From Akkermansiaceae bacterium UBA2381 (GTDB lineage Bacteria > Verrucomicrobiota > Verrucomicrobiia > Verrucomicrobiales > DEV007): a stretch of 64,000 nt of DNA. This document shows, in pieces, positions 44,517-54,785 of the stretch. A program made the position numbers and the translations under genes. The stretch lies in assembly GCA_002344215.1 (NCBI GenBank), contig DDSV01000034.1, positions 147,164 to 211,163 of the forward strand, in the 5' to 3' direction. Each line of letters starts with the position of its first letter. The stretch's first letter is position 1. Under the pieces are notes generated by a model, which was not told the origin of the DNA, made no database searches, and saw nothing but the letters and a program-made list of their open reading frames with translations.

Positions 44517-46631
44517 CTACTCCTTCCCCTCGGGCTTCCGAATCTGCAGCTGCTTCTCGGGCCATTCCATCTTCTTCGCAAACTCAGCCAGATAACTCCA
44601 TTTTTCGGCATCTCCGGTGTAGAGCCTAAGCTGGCTCCTTTCCCCGGCGATCGCGGCGATTTGAGGAAGGTCGGTGAAGCGCAGCACGTTCAGAATCTCC
44701 GGCCCCTCCTGATGGGTGAGGGGCAGGTCGTGAAGGTCGAGCCGATGAATGTCCTTTTCATAGAGTGAGGCGTAGAGCGCGTTGCCCGCCATGACTCCGT
44801 TGGCCTGGATCCAGAGTTTAGGCTGATCGGCTCCCTCAATGCTGCGCAACGCCTGGATTCCCCGACGAATGTCCCAGATTCGCATCGTGTCCAGCGTCTG
44901 CCCAAGCAAGGCGAACCGTCGGCGGATGTGGATGCGCTCCTTCTCGTCTGACGTCCACGCGGTCGGCCCCACCCCACGAACGGGCAGGTAGAGCATTCCC
45001 CACTTCTGCGAGGCATGGAGACCCTTCTCAGCCTCATAGGCTTCGGCGTTCGTTTCGGGAAGGGTAAGACCGGGGAAGGCGGCGGAGAATCCTGCTCCGA
45101 AAGTGCTGAGGAATTCCAACCAGCCTTTCTCATCGAGTGCATTGACGACGCAGAGATCTAGCGCTCCGGTCTCGCTTCCCGCGGGCTGGACCAGGTAAAA
45201 GGGGAGACGGACGCCCGCCTGGCTGTCAAAACTCCAACGGCTGAAGGTCATCCCGTCCTTTTCCCCGCGGAAGTCTTCGGAGAGGTTGAGGTCTTCACCG
45301 GCTGCGGGCCAGCCGCGGAAACAACGATTTTGAAGGCGATTCAGAGTGAGTGCCTTCTCTGCCGCCCAATCTGACGGAGACTCAGGCACGGAGAGATCTT
45401 CGGGGACCCGCTTAGTGAAATATTCGTCGATAAAGGTGTTCCTTTCGTTCTCCGGAAGTTTGGTGAAGACCTTGAGTTCGGTCGGTTCAAAAATCTTCGG
45501 AGCCGAGGCATCCGTCAGTTCATCCCCGATTTCCCTGCCCTTGAGATGGCGTTCGAACCAGTGAAAGGCGGAAACTCGCAGGGGCTGGGTGTCCTTGTGG
45601 GGACCTTCATAGAAGGCTAGGCCGATCTTATCAACCGCGTTCATGGCTTCGTAAACTTTCCGTGTCTTCTGATAGACATCGACGACCCCGTCGAGCGGAA
45701 AAATAGTGTCCTTATCCGTATTCAGGATCATCAGCGGACGCGGGGCGATTAATGCTGTTAATAGCGGAAAATCCCAGCGGTAAGTGTTGACCATGAACAT
45801 GCAATCGCAATGCCCTTCAATGCAGCCGTCCACGACATGGTTCTGCATCGAGGTGATACCCGCGACAGGTGCGGCGACTTTGATGCGATCATCGAGCGCG
45901 GCGATCCAGAGTGTGTAGGCTCCGCCTCCGGAGCGACCCGTGACACCGAATTTCTCCTTATCGACCTCGGGACGGGTCTCGAGATAGTCCAAAGCCCGGA
46001 TCGAGTTCCAGGCCTCTACTCCGGCCGGGGTGTAACCGCGCGAGTTCCACCACCATCGCCCGAGGTTGTGAGTGCCGTGGTGTTTGCCCTCGATCTCCCC
46101 GAGTTGGAGGGTATCGATGGTCAGGCAGGTGTATCCGTTTTTAGCGAACCAGGTGCCATGATGCTGATACGAGGTCTTGTTGCCGTAGCTGACTCCGTCA
46201 ATACTCACCTTACCGTGACCGCAGACGTAGAGGATGGTCGGAAGCGGACCGTCCTGTTTCGCGGGTCGGTAGAAGTTCGCCGTCACGTAGAGACCGGGCC
46301 GCGACTGGAAGGTCAGATTCTCGACGATCACTCCGTCCCGTTCTGTTGTCCCTGTGATCGTGGCCTTCAGATCTGACCTCGCCGGCAGGGGCTGGAGCCC
46401 GAGCATTTCAAAGAGCTGACGTCTCAGGTCGGCCTGGGCGGCGGGCCAATCGGTGTTGTTTTCGATGAAGGCGGCATTGCGGGCGGTGAGACGCCGAGTC
46501 TCCTTCTCAAAATAGGCGGCGAGCATAGCATCACCTTCCGTGGGATCAGTCGGGATGTCGCGATAGTCGGCGGAATGCAGTGCCGAAGCGGCGCAGAGAG
46601 CGAGGGAGAGCCAGGTCAGTCGGGGGATCAT
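44517..46631 (-). CDS. Secreted double alpha/beta hydrolase (acetyl-xylan esterase/prolyl oligopeptidase-like)
   Basis: Signal peptide, FQSRPGLYVTANFY, LYVCGH, RALDYL..RPEVD, nucleophile GRSGGG, second degenerate hydrolase half. Confidence 0.87.
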   Translation of the reverse strand: MIPRLTWLSLALCAASALHSADYRDIPTDPTEGDAMLAAYFEKETRRLTARNAAFIENNTDWPAAQADLRRQLFEMLGLQPLPARSDLKATITGTTERDGVIVENLTFQSRPGLYVTANFYRPAKQDGPLPTILYVCGHGKVSIDGVSYGNKTSYQHHGTWFAKNGYTCLTIDTLQLGEIEGKHHGTHNLGRWWWNSRGYTPAGVEAWNSIRALDYLETRPEVDKEKFGVTGRSGGGAYTLWIAALDDRIKVAAPVAGITSMQNHVVDGCIEGHCDCMFMVNTYRWDFPLLTALIAPRPLMILNTDKDTIFPLDGVVDVYQKTRKVYEAMNAVDKIGLAFYEGPHKDTQPLRVSAFHWFERHLKGREIGDELTDASAPKIFEPTELKVFTKLPENERNTFIDEYFTKRVPEDLSVPESPSDWAAEKALTLNRLQNRCFRGWPAAGEDLNLSEDFRGEKDGMTFSRWSFDSQAGVRLPFYLVQPAGSETGALDLCVVNALDEKGWLEFLSTFGAGFSAAFPGLTLPETNAEAYEAEKGLHASQKWGMLYLPVRGVGPTAWTSDEKERIHIRRRFALLGQTLDTMRIWDIRRGIQALRSIEGADQPKLWIQANGVMAGNALYASLYEKDIHRLDLHDLPLTHQEGPEILNVLRFTDLPQIAAIAGERSQLRLYTGDAEKWSYLAEFAKKMEWPEKQLQIRKPEGKE

Positions 46632-46762
46632 GGCAAGAGAATACCGGAACATCGGACCCTGTCACAAGTTGAAAACCTCCCGTCATTCCGGAATGAGGCG
46701 GCCCTTAACGGGTTTTGGGGAATGAAACGCGGGCACTTCTGCTCGATGACTGGCGCTGGACG

Positions 46763-46786
46763 AAAAAAGCGGGCAGGAGTGCCCGC
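46763..46786 (-). terminator. Hairpin plus U-tract in the 5' region of the hydrolase gene (attenuator or REP-like)
   Basis: Minus strand GCGGGCA CTCC TGCCCGC TTTTTT. Confidence 0.5.
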
Positions 46787-46902
46787 GCTCGTTTCAATAA
46801 AAAATGCTTCCGACTTACCTCCTGCGCCCGGCATTATGACAAACTGCGCTCTCGACTAGGGAGGTCTCCATATGCAGGATAGTCCTGCTCAGTCGCCCCA
46901 CT

Positions 46903-47925
46903 ATGAAAGCCCTCGTCAAACGTCATGATGCTCCCGGACTCTGGCTCGAAGACGTCCCCGAGCCGACCATCGGAATCAATGATGTTTTGATCAAGGTCGA
47001 CCGCACTGGAATCTGCGGAACGGATGTCCATATCCACAACTGGGATGCCTGGGCACGCAAGACGGTGCCGGTGCCCATGGTGGTGGGGCACGAATTTGTC
47101 GGAGAGATCGTCGAGGTGGGTTCGAATGTCTCTGACTTCCGCCCCGGCGAGGTCGTGAGCGGCGAGGGACATGTCGTCTGTGGTCGATGCCGCAACTGCA
47201 TGGCGGGGCGCCGTCATCTCTGCAAGGACACCAAGGGCATCGGAGTGAATCGTCCCGGTGCCTTCGCTGAGTATATTTCCCTGCCCATGGCCAACGTCTG
47301 GCACCATGCCGATAACATCGACCGTGATCTCGCTTCGATTTTTGATCCCTTCGGCAATGCGGTCCACACCGCCCTGACCTTCGAGATCCTCGGCGAAGAT
47401 GTCCTGATCACCGGAGCGGGTCCCATCGGATGTATGGCCGCCGCAATCTGCCAGTATGCCGGGGCCCGCTACGTTGTTGTGACCGATGTGAATCCCTGGC
47501 GCCTCGATCTCGCGAAGAAAATGGGGGCGACACGCGTCGTGGATGTGCGGACGGAACGCATCGCCGATGTGCAAAAAGAACTCGGCATGACCGAGGGCTT
47601 TGATGTCGGTCTCGAGATGTCAGGCAATGCGAACGCTTTTCGCGAGATGATCGACAACATGTGTCACGGGGGGAAGATCGCCATGCTCGGAATCCCGTCG
47701 GAGGACATCGCGATTGACTGGAACAAGGTCGTCTTCAACATGCTCACCATCTCCGGCATCTACGGGCGCCGTATGTATGAGACCTGGTACAAGATGACCG
47801 TCATGCTTCAGGGTGGACTCGACATCAGCCCGGTGATCACTCATCATTTTGATTACACGGAGTTTGAACAGGGCTTCGAGGTCATGAAGAGCGGCCAGTC
47901 CGGAAAAGTGATCTTAAACTGGTGA
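46903..47925 (+). CDS. tdh: L-threonine 3-dehydrogenase
   Basis: [58 protein letters not shown]. Confidence 0.97.
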   Translation: MKALVKRHDAPGLWLEDVPEPTIGINDVLIKVDRTGICGTDVHIHNWDAWARKTVPVPMVVGHEFVGEIVEVGSNVSDFRPGEVVSGEGHVVCGRCRNCMAGRRHLCKDTKGIGVNRPGAFAEYISLPMANVWHHADNIDRDLASIFDPFGNAVHTALTFEILGEDVLITGAGPIGCMAAAICQYAGARYVVVTDVNPWRLDLAKKMGATRVVDVRTERIADVQKELGMTEGFDVGLEMSGNANAFREMIDNMCHGGKIAMLGIPSEDIAIDWNKVVFNMLTISGIYGRRMYETWYKMTVMLQGGLDISPVITHHFDYTEFEQGFEVMKSGQSGKVILNW

Positions 47926-47934
47926 ACCCTTAGC

Positions 47935-49140
47935 ATGAATTCCCCCTTCCATTCTTACCTCGACGAAACTCTCACTTCCCTGAAGTCTGCCGGACTCTAT
48001 AAATCCGAGAGGGTCATCACGACGCCGCAGTCTCATCAGATTGAGGTAAATGGCGGCCCCGCCGGGAGCGCCGGTGCGAAGCTCATCAATCTCTGCGCCA
48101 ACAACTACCTCGGTCTTTCCAGTCATCCGGAGATCAAAGTCGCCGCTATCGAGGCAATTGAGCGCTGGGGTTTCGGACTTTCCTCGGTGCGTTTCATTTG
48201 CGGGACCCAAAGCATCCACAAGGAGCTCGAGGCCCGGCTGAGTGAGTTTCTCGGGACCGACGACACGATCCTTTATTCCTCCTGCTTCGATGCGAACGGA
48301 GGACTCTTTGAAACACTTCTCGGGGCGGAAGATGCCATCATCTCCGACTCGCTCAACCATGCCTCCATCATCGACGGCGTTCGTCTCTGCAAGGCACAGC
48401 GTTTTCGTTATCAGAACGGTGACATGGACGAGCTCGAGACGCGGCTGCAGGAGTCACAGTCCGCCCGTTTTCGTCTCATCGCGACCGACGGGGTCTTTTC
48501 CATGGACGGCTCCATCGCCGATCTCAAGACGATCTGCGATGTAGCGGAGAAGTACGATGCCCTCGTCATGGTGGATGATTCACATGGCGTCGGTGTCATT
48601 GGCGAGACGGGGCGGGGGACCCACGAATATCATGATGTCATGGGCCGTGTCGACATCATCACCGGCACTCTGGGTAAAGCCCTCGGTGGAGCCAGTGGCG
48701 GATACACGAGCGGGCGGCAGCCCATCATCGACCTGCTGCGCCAGCGGTCGCGGCCCTACCTCTTTTCGAACTCACTCGCCCCGGCCATTGCCGCCGCGTC
48801 GATCAAAGCGCTCGACTTGCTCACGGAGTCCGATGTCCTGCTCCACCGGCTTCGCTCCAATACTGTGTTTTTCCGGGCGGAAATGGCCAAGACAGGTCTG
48901 GTGCTCCTCCCCGGAGTGCATCCTATCGTCCCGGTAATGCTGGGAGATGCTGCTCTCGCCGCGACGATGGCGGAACGGCTTCTCGAACGGGGCATTTACG
49001 TGATCGGCTTTTTCTTTCCCGTTGTTCCCGAGGGCAAAGCAAGGATACGAACTCAGGTCTCGGCCGCTCATACTCACGGGGATCTTTCGAGTGCGGCTGC
49101 GGCGTTCGGGGAAGTGTGGGCGGAGGTAAGGAAAGGGTAG
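47935..49140 (+). CDS. kbl: Glycine C-acetyltransferase (2-amino-3-ketobutyrate CoA ligase)
   Basis: [34 protein letters not shown] Lys in [20 protein letters not shown]. Confidence 0.96.
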   Translation: MNSPFHSYLDETLTSLKSAGLYKSERVITTPQSHQIEVNGGPAGSAGAKLINLCANNYLGLSSHPEIKVAAIEAIERWGFGLSSVRFICGTQSIHKELEARLSEFLGTDDTILYSSCFDANGGLFETLLGAEDAIISDSLNHASIIDGVRLCKAQRFRYQNGDMDELETRLQESQSARFRLIATDGVFSMDGSIADLKTICDVAEKYDALVMVDDSHGVGVIGETGRGTHEYHDVMGRVDIITGTLGKALGGASGGYTSGRQPIIDLLRQRSRPYLFSNSLAPAIAAASIKALDLLTESDVLLHRLRSNTVFFRAEMAKTGLVLLPGVHPIVPVMLGDAALAATMAERLLERGIYVIGFFFPVVPEGKARIRTQVSAAHTHGDLSSAAAAFGEVWAEVRKG

Positions 49141-49160
49141 GGGTGACCTCCAGGTCGCCC
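49137..49160 (+). repeat. GTAG-type REP-like palindrome overlapping the kbl stop
   Basis: GTAG GGGTGACC TCCA GGTCGCCC. Confidence 0.55.
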
Positions 49161-49428
49161 ACTATCGGGAATGTAAGAAGCACGGCGAATCCGGGGTCAC
49201 AGACCCAATTACATTCATTCCCTGTAGACAAGCTGGCCTCTGTTAGGCCGGGTTCGACGGGCAAAGTCTCCGCGATCAAAGGATGCCGTCTCCGACCCTT
49301 CAGGATCTCTCACCCAACAGGGTATAATGTACCACTTGACCCTCTTGGGTGCGAGCGAAGCGAGGGAGTTCTTGGCGGGCGAAGACTCGTGAGGGGACCG
49401 AGTTCGAGCTTTTCAAAAGGAATGATGC

Positions 49429-49458
49429 TTGACGCATTTTGCGGGCGGTCGGTAGAAT
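49429..49458 (+). promoter_or_regulatory. Sigma70-like promoter
   Basis: TTGACG-N18-TAGAAT about 110 nt upstream of the 49571 ORF. Confidence 0.6.
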
Positions 49459-49570
49459 CGTCTCCAATCCACCTGAAAACCCGCACCCACGTTGCACTAA
49501 ACCGGTCAAGCCGGTCTTTAAACAGCGGGCGGGAGGATAGGAAAGTGGGCGTGTGACGTTCGCTTAAAAA

Positions 49571-52500
49571 ATGACTGAGCACTCGACACCGCAACCCGGC
49601 GACAAGGTTGTCGCGCTATCTAGCCTGGAACGCTCCGTCGGTATAGCGTGCAGCCGGATTGAATTGAACAAGCGCATCCGTTCCGTGGTCGTCTGCTCCC
49701 AGTCAGGCCGCATTTGGAAGTGGATGGGCGCGTTCGTATTTGCCAGTCTCGCCGCCCTCAGTCTTTCGAGCGTGCCCGCCCGGGCGCAAACACCGCCGCC
49801 AAGCCCCGCGGTATCGGCGGCCCCTGCCCAATTGCCTGCATCTCCCAGACCATCTGCACCCAAGACCACCTCCCTCGATGTTCTCGTGGTGGACAATGAA
49901 AACCAGCCTGTGCCCCATTCCAAAGTGTTCATTCAGTCAGCCGAGCACAACCCCGAGCATGTGCGCTTTGCCAAGACAGGCGAGGACGGTAAGGTTCTCA
50001 TCAAGGAACTTCCGCCCGACGTGACCGTCTATGTCTATGCGAACGAGGGCGAACGATCCAGCGCGGAATCTCCCCGGATCACCCTCGGCAAGGTGACCAG
50101 CGTCACCGTGAAACTCGGCAGCGCATATACCATTATGGTGCACGCGTTCGCCAGCGGCAACAAGGAGGCGGTGCCTAAGCCTTCCATTTTCATGGGAACT
50201 TCCCATCCGCAGGGCATGCTTCGATGGAACCGGGCAGGGACTTCCAAGGAACTGGGTGACGGGAGGATTGAGGTCACTGTTTCAGCGCTCTACTTCAAAA
50301 ACAGCACCCCGCGCCTTCGTGTTGACTCAAAAGGATATGCCCAGTGGATCAGCGAACCGCTCGTTCCCGTCGATGGCCGCGCCACGGTGGAGGCCGCGCT
50401 CGAACCTGAGGCGGGTTTGAAGGGCATTGTGATTGATGCGAGCGGCGCGCCTGTCTCCGGCGCTCTGGTTTGGGTAGAGGACAGCACCACTCGGGCGCCG
50501 GAAAAGGTCACTTCCCAGTGGATTGAGGAAATCGTGCAGGGAGAGTCAGCGAGGAATGCTGTTCCGGAAAACCATGCCGTCAGCGACGCGGATGGTGTTT
50601 TCGTACTCAAACAGGTCCATCCGCTGCTCAGCCGGTCGACCGGCCTCTATGCCTTGCATCCGGGTGGGCTTTCCCGCACCCGAATCTCGGACTTCAAAGG
50701 CGGCGACAAACTCACCCTTTCACGCCTGTGCACGGTGCGGGGCAAATTCACCCGAGATGGCAAACCCGTTGCGGAACAGAAGCTGACCCTCAGCGTCACT
50801 TGCGGTGTCCACACGGAGGTGAACTTTTTCACCACCCTGTGCCAGTATCTGGAAGTGACGACGGATAAAGATGGCCGCTTTGAGTTTCGCGATGTCTTCC
50901 CCGAGTCCGAGGTGGAGGTGCGCATCGATGGTGTGACCCCGGCGCTGAAGAAATTCGACCTCGGCTCTGGTTTGACGATGCAGCAGGATATTGATTTAAA
51001 ACCGGATGCTGCCGCGCAGAAAATACCCCGCACCCTTGTCGGTGCAGTCAAACTTCCCAACGGCGTCACGGCGGACCTGAGAAAAATCTTTGTGCGGGTC
51101 GAGCCGTTTGGCGCTGACCGGGGCACGACCGACGACGCCGAAGTCGCAGCCGATGGCAGCTTTGTTGTGTCCAATCTCACGCCGGGCTTTTACTCTGTTT
51201 CCGCCTTTCTGCACCTGCCCAATCCCAACTCCAGCTCCGGCGGCAAGATATACTACGACGGCTCCATTGATCTTCAGTTGAAAGAGGATGCCGGCAATGA
51301 TTTCAATCTGGGCACGCTTGTTCTGGGGGAAGTAGGGGCTTCTTCTCCGGATGCGGTGGCTCCGCCAGCTTCCCCCAACCCGAAGGTCCAAGTCAAGGCG
51401 CTGGATGAGGCCGGCAAGCCTGTCGCCGGCGCTACCGTGCAGGCGAGCATCCTGCGTTTCGCCTCCGCGCCCGCCCGCGGCATTCCGCTCACTCGTGTCC
51501 TCGACTATGGCATCAGCCCCACGCCGGTGCCGGATGTGCTCACGGATGGTAATGGTTTCGCCACCGTTTCTTTCCCGCGCGAGGTGCCCTATCATCCGCC
51601 CATCGGCTTGATTGGCGTCCGCGTCAGCAAGCCGGGCTTCGTCTCGAAAACGATCGACTATCTCGAGGAAAACGTCGAGCCGACGGTAATCTTGAAGCGT
51701 TCCACCGCTCTGCGGATTCGCGCCACACACAACGGCAAGGTTGTCCCGCCGGAGAAACTCACAGCCAACGCTGCCTTTGATGTCACCCTGCCGATGAAAG
51801 CGGAAGGCGAGTGGCTGGTGGGCGAGGACTTGCCGGACTACGAACGCACCGTGCTGGTGACTGCGCGCATGGCCGATGACGATTGGCTCTTCTCCGATCA
51901 ACTTGACCTCAAACTCGAACCCGGCAAGACCAGCGAGATCACCTGCGAACTCAAGCCCGCGGTGAAACTCCATGGACTCATCCAACAAGCGGGTGGCAAG
52001 GCCGTTGGCGAAGGCTGGGTCATTGCCTATGTCGATGTGTGGCTGCCATTCGTCGACAACCTCCGTCGCAAAAGCGTAGTGAACTGGACGGCCTGGACGC
52101 AGGTGAAGCCTGATGGCACCTATTCATTTGCCGGACTTCCTCCGGGCCATCTCAAACTCGTCGCCAACGGTCCTGATTGGATCAGCTTTCAGTCTGGCAA
52201 TGGCGGCTTGATTCGTGAGGCTTGGATTGGCCGCAAGCAGCCTGATCAGCAATGGGATCTTTTGGCAGTTCCCACCCGGCAGCAAAAAATTCGCATTGTT
52301 GCTGATGATGGATCGCCGGTGGTAGGCGCGCGGGTGATCGCGAGTGGAATGGGCCGTCCGTCATGCTGGTTCCTGTGGGATCGCAAGGAGGAGGATCGTC
52401 ACGTGCGCGATTCAGAACGTGCCATTTGGCAGCAGCACATTGCGAAGCCGCTGCCCGGTCTCGAAGCCAGCACCAATGCCGAAGGCGACGCCGAGCTCTC

Positions 52501-52663
52501 GAACCTTCCTGCCGGCGAAGCCGAGTTGATCATCGAATGGAGCCACCCCGCGACCGGGACACGCCACTCCCGGGTGCAGCGCATCACGGTCGATCCGATA
52601 CATAACGCTCCAGTCGAAATCCACCTTCCTGCGGAAACGGCTTCGCCGTCGTCTGGCCTCTAA
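49571..52663 (+). CDS. Large secreted protein with repeated carboxypeptidase-regulatory-like (Cna-B/Ig-like) domains. True start may be downstream (e.g. 49724).
   Basis: About seven D..G.PV.GA-type repeats (DASGAPVSGA, DEAGKPVAGA, DDGSPVVGA, TDKDGRFEF), signal-like FASLAALSLSSVPARA. Confidence 0.8.
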   Translation: MTEHSTPQPGDKVVALSSLERSVGIACSRIELNKRIRSVVVCSQSGRIWKWMGAFVFASLAALSLSSVPARAQTPPPSPAVSAAPAQLPASPRPSAPKTTSLDVLVVDNENQPVPHSKVFIQSAEHNPEHVRFAKTGEDGKVLIKELPPDVTVYVYANEGERSSAESPRITLGKVTSVTVKLGSAYTIMVHAFASGNKEAVPKPSIFMGTSHPQGMLRWNRAGTSKELGDGRIEVTVSALYFKNSTPRLRVDSKGYAQWISEPLVPVDGRATVEAALEPEAGLKGIVIDASGAPVSGALVWVEDSTTRAPEKVTSQWIEEIVQGESARNAVPENHAVSDADGVFVLKQVHPLLSRSTGLYALHPGGLSRTRISDFKGGDKLTLSRLCTVRGKFTRDGKPVAEQKLTLSVTCGVHTEVNFFTTLCQYLEVTTDKDGRFEFRDVFPESEVEVRIDGVTPALKKFDLGSGLTMQQDIDLKPDAAAQKIPRTLVGAVKLPNGVTADLRKIFVRVEPFGADRGTTDDAEVAADGSFVVSNLTPGFYSVSAFLHLPNPNSSSGGKIYYDGSIDLQLKEDAGNDFNLGTLVLGEVGASSPDAVAPPASPNPKVQVKALDEAGKPVAGATVQASILRFASAPARGIPLTRVLDYGISPTPVPDVLTDGNGFATVSFPREVPYHPPIGLIGVRVSKPGFVSKTIDYLEENVEPTVILKRSTALRIRATHNGKVVPPEKLTANAAFDVTLPMKAEGEWLVGEDLPDYERTVLVTARMADDDWLFSDQLDLKLEPGKTSEITCELKPAVKLHGLIQQAGGKAVGEGWVIAYVDVWLPFVDNLRRKSVVNWTAWTQVKPDGTYSFAGLPPGHLKLVANGPDWISFQSGNGGLIREAWIGRKQPDQQWDLLAVPTRQQKIRIVADDGSPVVGARVIASGMGRPSCWFLWDRKEEDRHVRDSERAIWQQHIAKPLPGLEASTNAEGDAELSNLPAGEAELIIEWSHPATGTRHSRVQRITVDPIHNAPVEIHLPAETASPSSGL

Positions 52664-52698
52664 GGTCACTCATCGTTCTCCCGACACCACCCTCCCCC

Positions 52699-54720
52699 TT
52701 ACCAGACCGTTCCCACATTCCACTCCTCCATCAGATGCGTAGGAATCTCATCGAGAAACCGTGAGGGACGCTGCAACACCTCACCACTGAAGGACCCGTA
52801 CCAGAGGAGGGGATAGGTGAGGTAAAGTTCGTCTTTGGCCCGGGTCACGGCGACGTAGAAAAGGCGCCTTTCCTCTTCGAGACCGCTCTGGTCTTCGTTA
52901 TCCTCATCAATCACCCGATTGTTCGGAAACATGCCGTCGGCGAGCCAGACACAGAAGACGACTTTCCACTCAAGGCCCTTGGCCTGATGCACGGAACTGA
53001 GACAGACGGACTCCTTGTCGGATTCGGCTTCGGTTGCGGCGACGGAATCCTGTCCGGCGAGGAGGCTGAGCTGGCTGAGGAACTCTTGGAGATCCTCGAA
53101 CTTCTCGGCGTACTTTTCGAGCTGGAGGAGATCCTGTTTGCGGTTCTCGAAGTTGGTGAACTTGCTTCGCATGTATTCCTCGTAGACCCCGCCGAGGATG
53201 GAGGGCATCATGGGAGCGGGAGGCTTTGGTTTGCCTCCGGCGTCGACGAGTTCATCGAGGGTGTAAGCGAGTTGCTCCCAGCCGGTTTTTGCTTTGGCTC
53301 CGACCTTGAATTTGAGGAGATAGGTCGAAAAAGAGGTCACGGTACTGAGAGCGGAGCCTTCGCAGTGGGTCCATTCACCCCAGAGGTTGTCGGCCCCTTT
53401 GTCGCCGATCCCGGGCAGCATTTTGACGAGACGTTTAAAGGCCACCTCGTCGCGCCGGTTACAGACGAACTTCATGAAGGCGGCGGCGTCCTTGATGTGA
53501 GCCTGCTCGAAGAAGCGGAGACCGCTCGTGATGACAAAGGGAATGCCCCGATTGGTCAGCTCGAGCTGGATTTCCATCGCGTGAAAGTGGGCCCGGTAGA
53601 GGACGGCGATTTCGTTCAGTTCGACTCCCTCGTCCCGCAGTTCGAGAATACGCTGGGCGACGAAGGCGGCTTGAGTATTGGGGTCCTGCAACTGGGCGAG
53701 AGCGGGGAGGGTCTCGCGATCCGGTCGCCAGGGAGTCAGGTCTTTGCGGAATTGCTTGGTGTTCGGAGCAATCGCGGCATTGGCAAGACTGAGGATCTCG
53801 GGGACGGAGCGGTAATTCGTCTCGATGACATACTTGGCGGCACCGGGATATTTTTCGGGAAAGTCGAGGATGTTGCGGAAATCGGCCCCACGCCACGAGT
53901 AGATGGACTGCGCGTCGTCGCCGACGACCATGAGATTGTTCTGGGGCGCGGCGAGCAGATCGATGAATCCGGCCTGGAGGGTGTTGGTGTCCTGATACTC
54001 GTCGACGAGGATCCATTCGAATTGGCGCTGATACTGCTCGCGGATCGCGGGATAATCGAGGAGAAGCCGGAGCGGTTTCTCGAGAAGATCGTCGAAGTCC
54101 ATTGAGTTGGTGGCCTTCTTTTTCGCTTCGTAACGCTCCTTCAATTCCTCGATCGAGTCGGCGAGGTGGTTGAAATAGGGATAACGGCGGTGAAGCAGGT
54201 CGGGAATGCCGACGCTGGTGTTGGTTGCGAGGCTGAAGATATCGGCGAGCACTTCGGGTTTGGGGAAGCGCATCGCCTTGGTATCGATCTGACTCTCGCC
54301 GATGACCGCGTTCATGATCTCCTTTTGATCTTCCCGGTCCATGATGGAAAAGCTGCGGTCCCATCCCAGCAACTCCGCATGGCGGCGGAGGATGCGATTG
54401 CCGACCGAATGGAAGGTGCCGCCCCAAAGGTCACGGGTGTCGTAGGGAACGAGTTCCTCAACCCGGTTCAGCATTTCCTTCGCCGCCTTGTTGGTGAAGG
54501 TGAGCAGGAGAATGCTGCCCGCCTTGATGCCATTATCCAGAAGGTAGGCGACCCGGTAGGTGAGGGTGCGGGTTTTGCCGCTTCCGGCCCCGGCGATAAC
54601 AAGGGACGGTCCCGGAGGAGCGGTCACGGCGGCGAACTGCTTTTCGTTCAGTTCAGCGGCGTAATCGATCTGCGACTTCGCGTTTTTCGGGACACGCTTG
54701 ACGGTATACTCACGGGCCAT
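52699..54720 (-). CDS. UvrD/PcrA/Rep family ATP-dependent DNA helicase
   Basis: AGAGSGKT, LTFTNKAA, VDEYQD, VGDDAQSIY.WRGA, NYRS, SVHQAKGLEW, EERRLFYVAVTRAK. Confidence 0.95.
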   Translation of the reverse strand: MAREYTVKRVPKNAKSQIDYAAELNEKQFAAVTAPPGPSLVIAGAGSGKTRTLTYRVAYLLDNGIKAGSILLLTFTNKAAKEMLNRVEELVPYDTRDLWGGTFHSVGNRILRRHAELLGWDRSFSIMDREDQKEIMNAVIGESQIDTKAMRFPKPEVLADIFSLATNTSVGIPDLLHRRYPYFNHLADSIEELKERYEAKKKATNSMDFDDLLEKPLRLLLDYPAIREQYQRQFEWILVDEYQDTNTLQAGFIDLLAAPQNNLMVVGDDAQSIYSWRGADFRNILDFPEKYPGAAKYVIETNYRSVPEILSLANAAIAPNTKQFRKDLTPWRPDRETLPALAQLQDPNTQAAFVAQRILELRDEGVELNEIAVLYRAHFHAMEIQLELTNRGIPFVITSGLRFFEQAHIKDAAAFMKFVCNRRDEVAFKRLVKMLPGIGDKGADNLWGEWTHCEGSALSTVTSFSTYLLKFKVGAKAKTGWEQLAYTLDELVDAGGKPKPPAPMMPSILGGVYEEYMRSKFTNFENRKQDLLQLEKYAEKFEDLQEFLSQLSLLAGQDSVAATEAESDKESVCLSSVHQAKGLEWKVVFCVWLADGMFPNNRVIDEDNEDQSGLEEERRLFYVAVTRAKDELYLTYPLLWYGSFSGEVLQRPSRFLDEIPTHLMEEWNVGTVW

Positions 54721-54785
54721 CTTCGCCGGAGTTTAGCCCGCGAACACCGCTTTTGCGCAAATAAAACGCCGAGCTTCCGTCCGAT

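Noticed and set aside
49240-49275. GGGTTCGACGGG resembling the tmRNA 5' signature or a tRNA T-loop
   Set aside because: No GGGG 5' acceptor strand at the right distance, and no matching T-arm/CCA 3' end within ~400 nt
53459-54427. 322-aa same-strand alternative-frame ORF inside the UvrD-family gene
   Set aside because: Arg/Pro/Ser-rich frame artefact fully overlapping a conserved helicase
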